From Candidatus Magasanikbacteria bacterium RIFCSPHIGHO2_01_FULL_33_34 (GTDB taxonomy: Bacteria > Patescibacteriota > Patescibacteriia > Magasanikbacterales > UBA922), in contig MFPS01000007.1 in NCBI GenBank assembly GCA_001782825.1, positions 20,487 to 84,486 of the forward strand: 64,000 bases of DNA, in the 5' to 3' direction. Positions within the stretch are counted from its first letter, which is position 1. Each line of letters opens with the position of its first letter. Below the pieces are notes generated by a model. It ran no database searches. It was not told the DNA's origin and worked only from the letters and a program-made list of their open reading frames with translations. The translations under genes and the position numbers were made by a program. Positions 27,570 to 36,945 of the stretch are shown here, piece after piece.

Positions 27570-28589
27570 ATGAGTAATGAATTAATAAAAAGACCTCCAA
27601 GCGAAGTTTCGTTAACCAATCAACCAACTAACCTAGCAACTCCAGATTCATTGGCAACCAATTTAGAAAAAAAAGAACAAAGAGAACGGCAATTTCCACC
27701 TATTGTTGATATGTATAAAACTTTGGAAAGAATAAGAGAAACAGGTAATAGCCGAGCTAATATCCAGGGCATAGCTAGCAACGGCGAAGTACAAATAGAC
27801 ACAAATTTTGAAAAATTAGGTCCAATAATTAAAGAATATAATGATCTTGTTGATAACAAAAAACGATATGATACCATAGTAAATTTAGAAAGTTATCCAG
27901 AAATTAACGAAATCACAAATCCAGAACAAGAGTGGCATAAAATTTATAAAGAACATGATGAATTATTACATTTTAATTTTGGTGATTTAAAAATTTCTCT
28001 TGAAGGTGCCACAACCTACTCTATAAATGATGATAGTTATGATAGGTGGTCAATAAGACAACTAGCAAACAGCCCTTCTGAAGCCAATAATCCCAATTAT
28101 GTTTTTTCTATACAAGAAAAAAATGAACCAGCTTTTCGAGTACAAGTAAATCCAGATGGAAATGTAAAAATATTAGATACCAACAGACAAAATATATATT
28201 TAGATGCAGAAACAAATAGAAAAACAAACAAACCTGAAACAAAGGTAGAAAAAATTGTTTCACAAACCAGACATGTGCATGAAGAAATTCCTATAAGTTT
28301 ATGGAAAATACTAGCCAAATTAAGTGCTTGGAAAGGTTTCAAAGCGCTTATAGGGATTTATAAACCAACTGAAAGTGTGTATTCTCATGATGAAGAAGAT
28401 ATAGTAAGTAAATATGAATATGTACCAAATGCACCTATTGGTGGTCCCAATATCAATCTTAAACTAGATCCAAAAAGACCTGACAAATTTCAAATGGCCA
28501 CAATACTACTAAATTTATTAAAAGAAGGTATGAACAATTTGCAAAAAGCAGAGGCCAAAATGACTGACATACCGTTTGTAAAAAAATAA
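27570..28589 (+). CDS. Hypothetical protein
   Basis: 339-aa ORF preceded by a consensus promoter; no recognised family. Confidence 0.5.
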   Translation: MSNELIKRPPSEVSLTNQPTNLATPDSLATNLEKKEQRERQFPPIVDMYKTLERIRETGNSRANIQGIASNGEVQIDTNFEKLGPIIKEYNDLVDNKKRYDTIVNLESYPEINEITNPEQEWHKIYKEHDELLHFNFGDLKISLEGATTYSINDDSYDRWSIRQLANSPSEANNPNYVFSIQEKNEPAFRVQVNPDGNVKILDTNRQNIYLDAETNRKTNKPETKVEKIVSQTRHVHEEIPISLWKILAKLSAWKGFKALIGIYKPTESVYSHDEEDIVSKYEYVPNAPIGGPNINLKLDPKRPDKFQMATILLNLLKEGMNNLQKAEAKMTDIPFVKK

Positions 28590-28619
28590 AATCCATAAAA
28601 TAACTACTATATTCTACAT

Positions 28620-29207
28620 ATGTCTAAACTAGATTCTATCCGTGAAATAAACACAGACTTTAAAAATGATAAACCAATAAATTTTGAAGAATTTAATTTT
28701 TCAGATATTATGTGGAAAAATATTTCAGATAAAAGAAATACAGCAGAAATAAAAATGATTATCGACAATAAAACATACAATTGTAAACTTGTAAACAATA
28801 GAGACAATCGCGCAATACGAATAAGTTTTGATTTATTTGATGATGAAAATGAGCTAGATCATATTTTGTGGGGAGATATTAATTTTGATGCAGATACTAA
28901 CAATCCTGATAGTGAAGTTAATGTCAGAATTTCTAGAGAAAAAATTACAAATGAAAACGATAAAAAAAATTCACTTCCAGCCGGTACTGGCATTATTCTT
29001 TATCAAAAAATATTAGACTATATCAAAGAAGAAGCCAAACAATACAAAAAAGGCTTACTGCATAGAGTAATCCATGAACCGAGTCTAGGACTTGATCCAC
29101 AAAAATGGAATAAAATTTTTGAACCACTACTAACAGAAAAAGGTTATAAAAAAATTACAGATGGTGAATGGGAACATTTGTATGAAGGAACAGACGATAA
29201 AAGCTAA
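28620..29207 (+). CDS. Hypothetical protein (weak GNAT-like motif)
   Basis: 195 aa; PAGTGIILYQKI faintly resembles the acetyl-CoA-binding motif A. Weak. Confidence 0.4.
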   Translation: MSKLDSIREINTDFKNDKPINFEEFNFSDIMWKNISDKRNTAEIKMIIDNKTYNCKLVNNRDNRAIRISFDLFDDENELDHILWGDINFDADTNNPDSEVNVRISREKITNENDKKNSLPAGTGIILYQKILDYIKEEAKQYKKGLLHRVIHEPSLGLDPQKWNKIFEPLLTEKGYKKITDGEWEHLYEGTDDKS

Positions 29208-29254
29208 ACTCAATTTTGTTTAAGATGTTTAATAAATCAATATACTCTATAACA

Positions 29255-29285
29255 AATTAAAATCCCCTAGTTTGGGGATTTTAAT
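29255..29285. terminator. Bidirectional hairpin terminator
   Basis: AAAATCCCC-tagtttg-GGGATTTT with A/T runs on both sides. Confidence 0.55.
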
Positions 29286-29381
29286 TTGTTATATTTACTT
29301 CGGAGCACCAGTCAAACCGATAAACTCAGTTGTACTGGTGCGTAGCTCCGAAGTAACGGAGACTACTTGTTGAAAGAGTAT

Positions 29382-29567
29382 CTACCTCCTCTTGTTGTTG
29401 ACCTCCTGCTTCAAGTCCTTCGGTGGCAAGCCATCGCCACCGTTCCGCTTGCCGACGAAGACACCCCGCCGACAGGCGTCCCTCTGGCTCTTGGAATGAA
29501 GCCACTTGCCACGGCAATAGGGACAAGCGTTGTCCCTCTTGACATTGTTCTGGTTGTAAGAAGCCAT
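29382..29567 (-). CDS. Small (61 aa) CPYC-containing basic protein encoded in a GC-rich islet
   Basis: Strong SD (AAAGGAGA) 7 nt before the ATG; MASYNQNNVKRDNACPYCRGKWLHSKSQRDACRRG.... Codon usage (AAG, AGG, GAC, GGC) is unlike every neighbour. A long hairpin follows at 29296-29355. Confidence 0.4.
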   Translation of the reverse strand: MASYNQNNVKRDNACPYCRGKWLHSKSQRDACRRGVFVGKRNGGDGLPPKDLKQEVNNKRR

Positions 29568-29786
29568 CTCGAATCTCCTTTCCCTTTGTCTATACAGTTA
29601 TTGCAAATACAAAAGAATAAAAAATTCTAACATATTTAAGTACTTTTGTCAATATTATTATGGGGATAATTTCACACCTATCCCATCAAAACATAATATG
29701 TCATCCCTGCGTAGGCTGGGATCCAGTAATTCATTATTTTACAATATAGACAATACACACTATTTTTCCAGTTCTAATTACAAATT

Positions 29787-29815
29787 TTGACTAGACCATT
29801 TACTTTGTATATAAT
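29787..29815 (+). promoter_or_regulatory. Consensus sigma70 promoter of tsaD
   Basis: TTGACT-17-TATAAT. It lies inside the track ORF 5' extension, so the true start is the ATG at 29826 (very short leader). Confidence 0.55.
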
Positions 29816-29825
29816 GGTTGTGAAT

Positions 29826-30836
29826 ATGCATATACTAGGGATTGAATCATCTTGCGACGATACATCTGTCGCATTAGTTGAAGCCACTGAAAATGGCTTT
29901 GTTGTGGTATCAGAAAAGACCTCAAGCCAAATTGAAGTTCACAAAAAATATGGTGGTGTCATCCCTGAAATAGCCGGACGAATGCATGCAGAAAACATTA
30001 TCCCCGTAGTAGAAGAAGTAATGAAAAACCAAAATAAACCAGATGTAGTTGCCGTCACATCAGGCCCTGGACTCATCACTGGCCTTTTGGTTGGAGTAGA
30101 GACTGGAAAAACCTTATCAAATTTATGGAATATCCCCCTTGTCAGTGTAAACCATATAGATGGACATATCCACTCAGTAGAGCTCAAAGCCGAAAAAACT
30201 ACAATAGAATTTCCAGCCATTTGTCTAGTAGTTAGTGGTGGTCACACTGAACTACTTCTCATGACAAATCACAATAAATTTGAACTACTTGGCAAAACCC
30301 GTGATGATGCATCTGGAGAAACTTTTGATAAAGTTGCCAAACTGATTGGCTTTGAATATCCCGGTGGTGCCAAAATATCCAAAGAAGCTGAAAATGGCAA
30401 TCCTAAAGCAATTGATTTCCCTCGCCCGATGATCCAAACCGGTTATGAATTTAGTTTTGCTGGCCTTAAAACTTCTGCACTTTATTGGTTGCGCGACAAT
30501 CCAAAATTCAATAAACAAGATTTTTGCGCCAGTTTTGAAACAGCCATAGTTGATGTCCTAACTACTAAAACAATCAGGTCCATAAAAGAATTTAATCCAA
30601 AAACTGTCATACTCGCAGGCGGAGTCAGCGCAAACAAAAAACTTCGCGAAACACTCGGCCAAACAATTAATAAAACTAATGCCAAACTCCTAATACCTGA
30701 GATGAAATATACCATGGATAATGCAGCTATGATTGCTGTGGCTGGATATTACAAAACAATTAAAAATAATTATACAGATTGGAAGACTATTGAAGCTGAT
30801 CCAAATTGGAAAGTATACACAAATAATAATGAGTAA
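29826..30836 (+). CDS. tsaD: tRNA N6-adenosine threonylcarbamoyltransferase TsaD (Kae1/OSGEP family)
   Basis: MHILGIESSCDDTSVALV..., metal-binding His pair (HIDGHIHS) and GGVSAN motif. Start moved from 29787 to 29826 because of the promoter. Confidence 0.85.
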   Translation: MHILGIESSCDDTSVALVEATENGFVVVSEKTSSQIEVHKKYGGVIPEIAGRMHAENIIPVVEEVMKNQNKPDVVAVTSGPGLITGLLVGVETGKTLSNLWNIPLVSVNHIDGHIHSVELKAEKTTIEFPAICLVVSGGHTELLLMTNHNKFELLGKTRDDASGETFDKVAKLIGFEYPGGAKISKEAENGNPKAIDFPRPMIQTGYEFSFAGLKTSALYWLRDNPKFNKQDFCASFETAIVDVLTTKTIRSIKEFNPKTVILAGGVSANKKLRETLGQTINKTNAKLLIPEMKYTMDNAAMIAVAGYYKTIKNNYTDWKTIEADPNWKVYTNNNE

Positions 30837-30880
30837 ATAATAATGATAATCTCTAATTATTAATTAACCTCATAAAAAAT

Positions 30881-31825
30881 ATGACCCTGCGTATCATCGG
30901 TGGCACCAGTCACAAAAAATTTACTCAAAAAGTATGTGAACATCTTGGAGTTGAAGAAACAAAAACGACAATTCGCACTTTTAGTAATGACAATCAATTT
31001 GTCTCTATTGATGAACCAATCCGAGGCGACGATGTATTTATAATCCAAACCCAAGTGCCACCAGTAGACAAATACTTAATGGAATTATTTATGTTAATTC
31101 GCGCCTTGCGTAGCGCTTCTGCTGGCAAAATTACTGTAGTATTCCCATACATGCCTTATGTGCGTTCTGACAAAAAAGATCAAGCTCGGATTTCTCTCAC
31201 TGCTCGTTTAATAGCAGATCTACTAGAATCAGCTGGCGCAGATCATGCCCTAATTATGGATTTACATTCTCCTCAAGTACAAGGATTCTTTTCCTTCCCT
31301 TGTGATCATTTGATTGCTGCGCCAGAAATTATAAAATATTTGAAAGAAAATTGGGATTTGGAAAATTATTGTCTAGTAGCTGGTGATGCTGGAGCAGCCA
31401 AAATGCTAAAGATATATGCTGATGGATTAAACTTGCCAGTAGCAATTATGGATAAACGCAGAGATGGCAACGATGAAAAAGTAACCATAAAAGGCGTAAT
31501 CGGGGATGTACAAAACAAAAAAGTTCTTATCATAGATGATGAAACTCAAAGCGGTGGTACACTCATCAAAGATGCAGAATATTTGCTACAACACGCTGGC
31601 GCCAAATCTGTTGACGCTTGTGTCGTTCATCCTGCACTTGGGCCTGAAGCTGATGAAAAATTAAATAACTCACCCATTGAAAGATTCCTCACTACAGACA
31701 CCATCCCTACTGAAAATCACAATCTTAAAAACCATGAGATAGTCTCTGTCACAAAAAAGTTTGCTGAATGTATTGATAGAATCCACAATAACAAGAGTAT
31801 CAAATCACTAAATGACCTAGACTAA
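30881..31825 (+). CDS. prs: Ribose-phosphate pyrophosphokinase
   Basis: 314 aa; PRPP-binding loop VLIIDDETQSGGTL and N-terminal Prs domain. Confidence 0.85.
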   Translation: MTLRIIGGTSHKKFTQKVCEHLGVEETKTTIRTFSNDNQFVSIDEPIRGDDVFIIQTQVPPVDKYLMELFMLIRALRSASAGKITVVFPYMPYVRSDKKDQARISLTARLIADLLESAGADHALIMDLHSPQVQGFFSFPCDHLIAAPEIIKYLKENWDLENYCLVAGDAGAAKMLKIYADGLNLPVAIMDKRRDGNDEKVTIKGVIGDVQNKKVLIIDDETQSGGTLIKDAEYLLQHAGAKSVDACVVHPALGPEADEKLNNSPIERFLTTDTIPTENHNLKNHEIVSVTKKFAECIDRIHNNKSIKSLNDLD

Positions 31826-34800
31826 GATCCAACTTCTATACGGTCCACCCCTAAAATACTTTTTATTTTGTCCTTCAACTCTATACATGGGTCAACAAAT
31901 GTTTGAGTTTTTATTATATTCCCATTTACTTGCATATATAATATATATGGCCCAGAATATTCTCCAAAAATCTCTTTAAGCTTCTGCGTGTGCTCTCTTA
32001 ATTCCTCTTTATTAATTTTTAATACCATATATTTTTCTTGTATTTTCTTCTTTGTAGAAGTTTCACCTAAAGCAAACAAACCTGCCACACCTTTTACATT
32101 CTCTTTATCCAATACATAGACTTTTTCAACAAACAATTTATTATCTCCGACTTCTCGTGGAGTTTTTGCTACCACACACACTACCGCCCCCACCACCCAC
32201 GAACTTTGTGTTTGCTCATATGTCTTTGGAAATACCAACAACTCCATATTACCACTCAAATCTTGAATAGATACAAACATCATTATTTTTCCTTTTTTGG
32301 TAATCATCTTTTTTAAACCTTCTATCACACCACCCACCACCACCATTTTATCTCTGTCATACTCTTCAATATCACACAAATCAACTGTAACATTTTTCAA
32401 AACTTCTTTATAAAAACTAAAAGGATGTGAAGAAACATAAAGCCCAAGCAAATCTTTTTCCCACAATAATTTTTCATCCATAGTTGCATTGTCAGCTTCT
32501 TTTAAGGTTACTTTATTATCAAATGAAATTGGCGTTCCAGAAAAAAGCGAATTCTGATTTGAAACACTTTTTTCACGAGAATCTTTTATAAAAAATAATA
32601 TATTCTCAATATTTGCCAACAATATTCCCCTATCAATTAAAAAACAATCCAATGCACCAGATTTTGCCATACTCTCAACCGACTTCTTGTTCAAATCTTT
32701 ATCTTTTACCCGCATCAAAAAATCTTCCAAACTCTGATATGTACCATTGTTTTTTCTTTCACGATAAATTACTTCACAAATATGCTCACCAACATTTTTG
32801 ATAGCAGACAAACCAAATCTAATCCTGCCTTTTTCACCCGGTTTTGAAACCATAGCAAAATTTCTAAAACTCTCATTAACATCCGGTGGCAATACTTCAA
32901 TATTCATCCGTTTGCATTCCTGCACAATCAAAGAAACTTTTTCGGCGTCCCCAAACTCAGCTTGCAAAACAGCCGCCATATATTGGACTGGATAATTGGC
33001 TTTCATATAGGCAGTCTGATAGGCTACTACACCATAACTAGCCGCATGCGCTTTGTTGAAACCATAAGCGGCAAAAGGTTCAATCGCCGTCCACATTTCA
33101 TCAATAATCTCTTTTTTTACTTTACCATATTCAGCACAACCTTGATAAAATTTTTCTTTTTGCTTGGCCATTTCTTCTGGAATTTTCTTGCCCATAGCCT
33201 TGCGAAATTTATCAGCTTCCATCCAATCATAGCCAGCCAATTCAATTGCCGTCAACATAACATCATCTTGATAAACCAATAATCCAAATGATGCTTGCAA
33301 AATATCTCTCAATCTCTCATCAAAAAAAGTAATATATTCTGGATGATATTTTCTCTTGATATATTCTGGAATTGATTCCATCGGCCCAGGACGATACAAC
33401 GCCACCATTGCCATAATATCGTCAATATTAGTCGGCTTTAACTCCTTTAGCCAACGTGTCATCCCAGAACCAGCCAATTGAAAAACACCCATTGTCTCTC
33501 CACGCGACAACATTTCAAAAGTTTTTTTATCATCATATGGCAGAGAATAAATATCTACTTTTTCTCCAGTAGTTTTTTCTACGAACTCTACTGCTTTACC
33601 CAAAATTGATAAATTCCGAATCCCCAAAAAATCATTTTTTAAAACTCCAGCAGATTCTACTGATTTCATTTCATATTGAGTCACTAATTTGTCTCCACCA
33701 GTTTCATATTGTACCGGTGTAAAATCAGTCAAATCTGTTGGCGAAATCACTACACCAGCGGCATGAATAGAAGTATGACGAGCGCAACCTTCTACTTTTT
33801 GCGCCAAATTCAAAAGCTTCTTTACATCTGGATTAGTTTCATACAATTTTTTCAAATCTGGCTCTTCTTTCAAAGCACGTTCAATCGTCATCGCAAAGCC
33901 TTGTGAACCCATAGGAATTAATTTGGCCACTTGGTCACAAAAATTGTATGAAAACCCAAGAGTACGGCCAACATCACGCACACTAGCGCGCGCTGCCATC
34001 GTTCCAAAAGTAATAATCTGCGCCACTTTATCTTTGCCGTATTTGTCCGTCACATATTTGATCATATCGTCTCGCCTATCATCAGCAAAGTCTGTATCCA
34101 CATCGGGTGGACTAGGACGAAACGGATTCAAAAATCTTTCAAACGGAAGTTTGAATCGCATCGGATCAACTGTGGTAATCCCAATGACATATGATACCAA
34201 TGAACCCGCTGCTGAACCACGAGTTGATTCTACAATCCCATTTGATTTGGCATACTTCACATAATCAGCTACACACAAAAAATATGGCGCATACCCTTTT
34301 GTCTTGATAATATCTAATTCATAATCCAATCTATCGTCCACTTCTTTACTTCGCGACATAAATTTCTCAACATTTGCATATGCCAATCTTCTCAACTCTT
34401 CATCATAGGTAATACCTTCTGGCAACTCTACTGGCGCAAAATGCCAATTGTCTAACTCTATTTCAATATTGATTCTATCAGCTATTTTGCCAGTATTTTC
34501 AATCGCCTCAGGCACATGCCTAAATCTAGAAGCAATATCTTCTTCAAAATTTAATGACCTATCAACTTGACGAAAATCTTCTCTACTCATTTGGTCCACT
34601 CGCCAACCATTACTAATACATCGCAAAACATCTTGAGCCTCAGCATCATCAGTATGCAAATAATGCACATCTCGTGTTACTACTAATGGAATACCAGTAT
34701 CTTTGGACAACTGAATCATTTTGGTATTCACATCTATCTGCCCTTCAATAGCCGGATGATCTTGCAATTCCAAATAAAAATTATTATCACCAAAAACTTT

Positions 34801-35292
34801 ATTATAATATTCTGCAACTTTTTTGGCTTCTGCCAATTTATTTTGTTTCAAGAGTTGAGATACTTCACCTCTGATGTCGCCTGACAAAGCAATAATATTT
34901 TTTGCATATTTTTCTATTGTAGCTCTATCTATTCTCGGCCGACCATCAAAATATCCATCAGTCTGACCAAATGAACAAAGTTTGATCAAATTCCTATAAC
35001 CATCATAATTTTCGGCAAGCAAAATCAAAGAATGATACTCTTTATCAATTTGAGGATCTTTATCTGACATTTTTCTAGGACACACATATGCCTCCATGCC
35101 AATAATCGGTTTTATACCTTCTGCCAAACAAGTTTTGTAGAATTCAATAGCCCCATACATTACTCCAGAATCAGTCAAAGCAATAGCCTCAAAACCATTT
35201 TTTTTGGCATATTGAACAAGCGGTTTAATCCTGACCAAACCATCGAGCAATGAATAATGTGAGTGTATATGTAGATGAGTAAACTTTCCCAT
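31822..35292 (-). CDS. dnaE: DNA polymerase III alpha subunit
   Basis: 1156 aa; N-terminal PHP domain (HLHIHSHYSLLDGL), palm/fingers motifs and OB-fold. Confidence 0.9.
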   Translation of the reverse strand: MGKFTHLHIHSHYSLLDGLVRIKPLVQYAKKNGFEAIALTDSGVMYGAIEFYKTCLAEGIKPIIGMEAYVCPRKMSDKDPQIDKEYHSLILLAENYDGYRNLIKLCSFGQTDGYFDGRPRIDRATIEKYAKNIIALSGDIRGEVSQLLKQNKLAEAKKVAEYYNKVFGDNNFYLELQDHPAIEGQIDVNTKMIQLSKDTGIPLVVTRDVHYLHTDDAEAQDVLRCISNGWRVDQMSREDFRQVDRSLNFEEDIASRFRHVPEAIENTGKIADRINIEIELDNWHFAPVELPEGITYDEELRRLAYANVEKFMSRSKEVDDRLDYELDIIKTKGYAPYFLCVADYVKYAKSNGIVESTRGSAAGSLVSYVIGITTVDPMRFKLPFERFLNPFRPSPPDVDTDFADDRRDDMIKYVTDKYGKDKVAQIITFGTMAARASVRDVGRTLGFSYNFCDQVAKLIPMGSQGFAMTIERALKEEPDLKKLYETNPDVKKLLNLAQKVEGCARHTSIHAAGVVISPTDLTDFTPVQYETGGDKLVTQYEMKSVESAGVLKNDFLGIRNLSILGKAVEFVEKTTGEKVDIYSLPYDDKKTFEMLSRGETMGVFQLAGSGMTRWLKELKPTNIDDIMAMVALYRPGPMESIPEYIKRKYHPEYITFFDERLRDILQASFGLLVYQDDVMLTAIELAGYDWMEADKFRKAMGKKIPEEMAKQKEKFYQGCAEYGKVKKEIIDEMWTAIEPFAAYGFNKAHAASYGVVAYQTAYMKANYPVQYMAAVLQAEFGDAEKVSLIVQECKRMNIEVLPPDVNESFRNFAMVSKPGEKGRIRFGLSAIKNVGEHICEVIYRERKNNGTYQSLEDFLMRVKDKDLNKKSVESMAKSGALDCFLIDRGILLANIENILFFIKDSREKSVSNQNSLFSGTPISFDNKVTLKEADNATMDEKLLWEKDLLGLYVSSHPFSFYKEVLKNVTVDLCDIEEYDRDKMVVVGGVIEGLKKMITKKGKIMMFVSIQDLSGNMELLVFPKTYEQTQSSWVVGAVVCVVAKTPREVGDNKLFVEKVYVLDKENVKGVAGLFALGETSTKKKIQEKYMVLKINKEELREHTQKLKEIFGEYSGPYILYMQVNGNIIKTQTFVDPCIELKDKIKSILGVDRIEVGS

Positions 35293-35382
35293 AGTGGGTG
35301 TATATTATATGAAATAGTGGCAAAAATCAAATCAAAAAATAGACTTTAAACTCGCCTATTTCTGTTGTTCAATATAGGTTAA

Positions 35383-35559
35383 TTATTTTTTCCAATCACT
35401 TAAAACTATATTTTTACCTCTTTTTTTTACCACAACTTTTTGTTTTTCTTTCCACTTTAAATCTCGTACAATATCAATTGGTAAAGTCAAACCAATACTT
35501 TTATTACCAATTCTAGTTAATTTTCTCACATTTTTATCCTCTAATTTTCTTCTAGACAT
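35383..35559 (-). CDS. AbrB/MazE (SpoVT_AbrB) swapped-hairpin DNA-binding protein, 58 aa
   Basis: Minus-strand ORF MSRRKLEDKNVRKLTRIGNKSIGLTLPIDIVRDLKWKEKQKVVVKKRGKNIVLSDWKK. Absent from the ORF track (<60 aa). Confidence 0.5.
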   Translation of the reverse strand: MSRRKLEDKNVRKLTRIGNKSIGLTLPIDIVRDLKWKEKQKVVVKKRGKNIVLSDWKK

Positions 35560-35589
35560 ATTTTAAAAAATACTTATTTAAATACCTAT

Positions 35590-35787
35590 TTAAAGTAAAA
35601 TATAATCATAAAAAATATAAAAACCATTACAACTTTTAACTACACTCTTTCTTAATTTATATATATCATCTTTTGTTAATAGATTTACAATATCATCTTT
35701 AGTGATCATTCTTTCCTTAAGAAAATTAAGAGAATTTGTGTTTTCTCTAGCAATATCTAAAATTTCTTGTAATATTTTTTCACTCAT
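35590..35787 (-). CDS. Hypothetical small protein, upstream partner of the AbrB-like gene
   Basis: 65-aa ORF 30 nt upstream of the AbrB-like gene, same strand, in a very AT-rich 750-bp gap. Confidence 0.3.
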   Translation of the reverse strand: MSEKILQEILDIARENTNSLNFLKERMITKDDIVNLLTKDDIYKLRKSVVKSCNGFYIFYDYILL

Positions 35788-35989
35788 AATCTAACTTATT
35801 TTACTAAACTAATCCTATCAACAAAAAATTATTAATCAATAATTTTATTTTTACTTATTATAATGTTTTGATAAACACAATAAAATCCATCAATAAAATT
35901 TACTTTATTACTTAACATAATCATTTTAAAATTATATTTTGCATATTATAATAATACCATATTTAAAACTCTAATAAAAATCTATAAAT

Positions 35990-36020
35990 CAAAAGGGTCG
36001 TGTTTCCACGACCCTTAAAA
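35990..36020. terminator. Bidirectional hairpin terminator
   Basis: GGGTCGTG-tttc-CACGACCC flanked by A/T runs. Confidence 0.55.
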
Positions 36021-36043
36021 GTAGCTTTTGTTTTTGTGTTTTA

Positions 36044-36868
36044 TCACACAGCTATCATTTGCTTTTCCCCCTTGGATGAATTAATTAAGCCAAAGCCATT
36101 ATTCATGAACATCTCTCCTCTGATGTCTAGATTCATGTCGTCCACCACCCTCAGGACGGCATTGTATGCGTCGGATACCCGACGACTTTTGGCATCCAAC
36201 GTCTCCGTCGAATACCTGTGGTTCAGTTTCTGAGAAATGTCTTCGTAGTACATCGCTGGGTGAGGTATCTCGTAGAAACTAACATCTGCTCTCCCGTTCC
36301 AAACACGTAACAAGAGTTCGATGGGAATTCCATACCTCTCCACGATCAAATGTGGAGCTACGAGCTCAACATGCTCTATCCTGAATCCCATAAACCCTGT
36401 ACGTACATCCGAAAGTGCAACTCCTGTGATGGCTTTAAACACGCTCGAAAACGTGATATTAAGGATCAACCTGTCCAACGGAGTACTGGACTGATCAGAT
36501 TCAGGGTGAAACCTGGAGCAGGTCACGACGTCGTGATGACTCAAGAGTCTGTAAACCCTAGGAATCAACTCAATATCGTGTTGTCCGTCGGCGTCGAACT
36601 TGATCACATGACTTGCGTTGCCGTCTTGTACGATCTTTTGTAACCCCACTTTAGTCGCAGCACCGACCCCCATATTATGGGGCAGTACAATTACGTTATC
36701 GGTGAATTCCCTTGCAATTTCTGCACTTCTATCCTCCGACCCGTCGTCGACTATGTACAGTCTAGTCTTGACCCCATCGATTTTGACTGGAATCCGTGCC
36801 AAGATCTCGCCCAACGTCTCCTGTTCGTTGAAAATTGGGCTGAACAGTGCGATCTCATTGTTCATCAA
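36044..36868 (-). CDS. Family-2 glycosyltransferase (DPM1/polyprenyl-phosphate glycosyltransferase-like), compositionally foreign
   Basis: IVDDGSEDRS and DADGQHD motifs. GC visibly much higher than neighbours (runs like cgtcgtccaccaccctcaggacggc). Confidence 0.7.
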   Translation of the reverse strand: MMNNEIALFSPIFNEQETLGEILARIPVKIDGVKTRLYIVDDGSEDRSAEIAREFTDNVIVLPHNMGVGAATKVGLQKIVQDGNASHVIKFDADGQHDIELIPRVYRLLSHHDVVTCSRFHPESDQSSTPLDRLILNITFSSVFKAITGVALSDVRTGFMGFRIEHVELVAPHLIVERYGIPIELLLRVWNGRADVSFYEIPHPAMYYEDISQKLNHRYSTETLDAKSRRVSDAYNAVLRVVDDMNLDIRGEMFMNNGFGLINSSKGEKQMIAV

Positions 36869-36945
36869 TGAAAAACCTTTCTCTGTGAAATTTGCTTATC
36901 TTCACCAAAAAATATCTTTATAGCTACTTTTTGCTACAGACAAAC

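Noticed and set aside
29326-29630. Alternative ORFs 29367-29630 (+) and 29326-29526 (-) in the GC-rich islet
   Set aside because: They overlap the SD-preceded 29382-29567 minus ORF and lack an RBS. High GC inflates ORF length in all frames. Only one frame is kept, and even that at low confidence.
31822-35292. Multiple 60-113-aa ORFs antisense to or nested in dnaE, and similar nested ORFs in glyQS, the M16 peptidase, the 1327-aa gene and ugd
   Set aside because: All are contained within long, well-supported genes on the other strand or frame and show AT-rich low-complexity translations.
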